From an uncultured Spirochaetota bacterium (lineage in GTDB: Bacteria > Spirochaetota > Spirochaetia > SZUA-6 > Fen-1364), in assembly GCA_963745235.1 (NCBI GenBank), contig CAVUXE010000048.1, positions 1-64,000 on the forward strand: a stretch of DNA of 64,000 nt, in the 5' to 3' direction. Below, piece by piece: positions 62,024 to 64,000 of the stretch (position 1 is its first letter; every line of letters starts with the position of its first letter). The notes below the pieces were generated by a model, which saw only the letters and a program-made list of their open reading frames with translations, was not told where the DNA came from and searched no databases. The position numbers and the translations under genes were made by a program.

Positions 62024-62535
62024 ACAGGGACGGACGAATCACACTCTTCACCATCTTCGCCCTTGCCCTGTGCGTACTCCTGCAGTCGACGCTCCTCAAC
62101 CGGATAGCGATCAAGGGAGTCCGCCCTGACCTTGCCCTCATTGTGCTGATCTTCGTCTCCATGCGCAGGGGCTCCATGGTCGGACAGGTCTCGGGATTCG
62201 CCGCCGGGATCTTCGAGGACCTCATGAACGTCTCACCGCTCGGCTTCCACTCCCTCATGCGGACGCTCATCGGCTACCTCTATGGCATTTTCGCCGGCAA
62301 CGTGTTCATTGATCCGTTTCTCATGCCCATGGTTCTCACGGTAATCGCCACTATCCTGAAAGGCCTGCTTGCGGGGATCATTTCGGCGATTTTCGGAATT
62401 GCGTCGTCGGGTTTCATCACATTCACCGGAAGGCTCTGGATCGAGGTCGCCTACAACGGTGTGCTTGCGCCGTTCCTTTTCGCGCTCCTGGGACTCTTTC
62501 GGATCTTCAAGCAGGCGGACAAGGAAGGGGCCTGA
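62020..62535 (+). CDS. mreD: Rod shape-determining protein MreD
   Basis: PDLALI, GFAAGIFEDL; multi-TM; position after mreC. Confidence 0.9.
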   Translation: MNRDGRITLFTIFALALCVLLQSTLLNRIAIKGVRPDLALIVLIFVSMRRGSMVGQVSGFAAGIFEDLMNVSPLGFHSLMRTLIGYLYGIFAGNVFIDPFLMPMVLTVIATILKGLLAGIISAIFGIASSGFITFTGRLWIEVAYNGVLAPFLFALLGLFRIFKQADKEGA

Positions 62536-64000
62536 TGGAGCACGGAGAGCGGCAGCAGCGGCGGCGTTTCGTCTTTCTCACCGCCCTCTTTGCCGGCTGC
62601 ATCGGTTTCCTCGTCCTGTACCTGTTCTGGCTCCAGATCGTCAAGGGCTTCGAGTTCAAGCAGCGGGCCAAGGACGTGTCCCAGCGGGAGGTCCCCATCC
62701 CGGCGCAGCGTGGGGAGATCTTCGACCGCAATGTCGACGACCCCCTCGTCTTCAACGTGGACTCATTCGCCGTGGATGTGACTCCGGGCGAGGTCGCGTC
62801 AGCGGACCTGCCCACACTTTTCCAGAGCCTGTCGAAGGTCCTCGCAATCCCCGTGGCTGACATCCAGAAAAAGATCCCGCAGAAGAATTACCGCACCTAC
62901 CAGCCCGTGGAGATTTCCGGCGGGGTCCCTTTGCAGACGATCTCCTACATCGCGGAGCACCTCTCGGACTTCAGCGGCGTGAGCTGGCACAACAAGCCCA
63001 TCCGAAACTACGTGGAATCCAGCTCGCTTGCGCACGTGATCGGCTTCGTCGGAGACATCACTCACGAAGAGCTGCAGGTCCTGTACAACCAGGGCTACGA
63101 GTCGGGGGACGTCCTGGGCAAGACTGGAATCGAGAAGGAGTATGACGACATCCTGCGGGGAAAGGACGGCACCCGTTTTCGCGTGGTGGACGTGAAGGAG
63201 CGGCGGCTCACCGGAGAGGAGCAGGAGGTGGTCCCGCCCGTGCCGGGCAAGAACGTCGTTCTCACGATCGACAAGCGCATCCAGAAGCTTGCGGAGCAGG
63301 CCCTCGGGCCCCGGAAAGGCTCTGTTGTGGTTCTCAAGCCGGCCACGGGGGAAATCCTTGCCATGGTGAGCTACCCGTCCTTCGATCCGAACAAGCTTTT
63401 TGCGCCGGATGCGGGAGACTACTTCGGCAAGCTCTCCCTGGATCCCACGTTCCCCTTCATCAACAGGAGCATCCAGTCCGTGTATCCCCCGGCATCGACG
63501 TTCAAGATCATCATGACAACGGCAATCGTGGACGACGGCACCATCCCCATCAACCGGATGGTGCGATGCACGGGGAAGCTGGTGTTCGGGGACCGCGTGT
63601 TCAACTGCTGGGTGAAGACGGGCCACGGGTACGAGGACCTCTTTGGCGGTCTTGCCGACTCCTGCGACGTGTATTTCTGGACGATGGGCAACGAGCTGGG
63701 CGTGGACAAGATCGACAACTACGCGCGTGACTTCGGCGTGGGCTCCCTGACCGGGATCGATCTTCCCGAGGAAAGAACCGGTCTTCTTCCCACCCCCGAA
63801 TGGAAGGACAAGATCAAGCACCAGAAGTGGCTGGGCGGAGACACGTTGAACCTCGCCATCGGCCAGGGGTTCGTCACGATGTCTCCCTTGCAGATGGCGG
63901 ACATGGTGGCAATGGTCGCCAACAGCGGCGTCGTCTACCGGCCACACCTGTTGAAAGAGACACGGGACCCGTTCACCGGCCAGGTCCTCTCAACCATCGC
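62535..64000 (+). CDS. mrdA: Penicillin-binding protein 2 (runs off the window end)
   Basis: AQRGEIFDRN, GKTGIEKEYD, YPPASTFK (SxxK), SCDVYF, AIGQG. Confidence 0.92.
   Translation, partial: MEHGERQQRRRFVFLTALFAGCIGFLVLYLFWLQIVKGFEFKQRAKDVSQREVPIPAQRGEIFDRNVDDPLVFNVDSFAVDVTPGEVASADLPTLFQSLSKVLAIPVADIQKKIPQKNYRTYQPVEISGGVPLQTISYIAEHLSDFSGVSWHNKPIRNYVESSSLAHVIGFVGDITHEELQVLYNQGYESGDVLGKTGIEKEYDDILRGKDGTRFRVVDVKERRLTGEEQEVVPPVPGKNVVLTIDKRIQKLAEQALGPRKGSVVVLKPATGEILAMVSYPSFDPNKLFAPDAGDYFGKLSLDPTFPFINRSIQSVYPPASTFKIIMTTAIVDDGTIPINRMVRCTGKLVFGDRVFNCWVKTGHGYEDLFGGLADSCDVYFWTMGNELGVDKIDNYARDFGVGSLTGIDLPEERTGLLPTPEWKDKIKHQKWLGGDTLNLAIGQGFVTMSPLQMADMVAMVANSGVVYRPHLLKETRDPFTGQVLSTI

Overview
GC-rich bacterial chromosomal segment, most likely from a spirochete (Spirochaetia). 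The evidence is a FlaB core flagellin, a BpuR-like PUR protein, a short SMC, and the Treponema-like gene orders ffh-rpsP-khpA-rimM-trmD-rplS and mltG-dnaG-rpoD-Zn ribbon-rnpB-TPR-mreBCD-pbp2. The right two-thirds is mostly core housekeeping DNA with three tRNAs (Gly, Thr, Tyr) and RNase P RNA. Many essential genes carry single-base frameshifts, often at G/C runs, which points to long-read assembly errors rather than gene decay. The main discovery candidate lies at about 6.5-22 kb. There, a free-standing polyketide-type beta-branching cassette (PksF-like KS, HMG-ACP synthase, ECH1, ECH2, donor-type ACP) sits in one operon with a ketoreductase, an enoyl reductase, a serine-palmitoyltransferase-like alpha-oxoamine synthase and FabZ. 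FabF, an Sfp-type PPTase and a glycolipid-type operon lie next to it, and no modular PKS is present in the window. This suggests an ACP-bound route to methyl/iso-branched (glyco)sphingolipid-like lipids. Other observations: a duplicated junction flanking an orphan RND gene, a 1.5-kb att-bounded relic island at tRNA-Thr, a tRNA-Gly with C33, an unannotated FlgM-like mini-ORF and a 21-bp VNTR.
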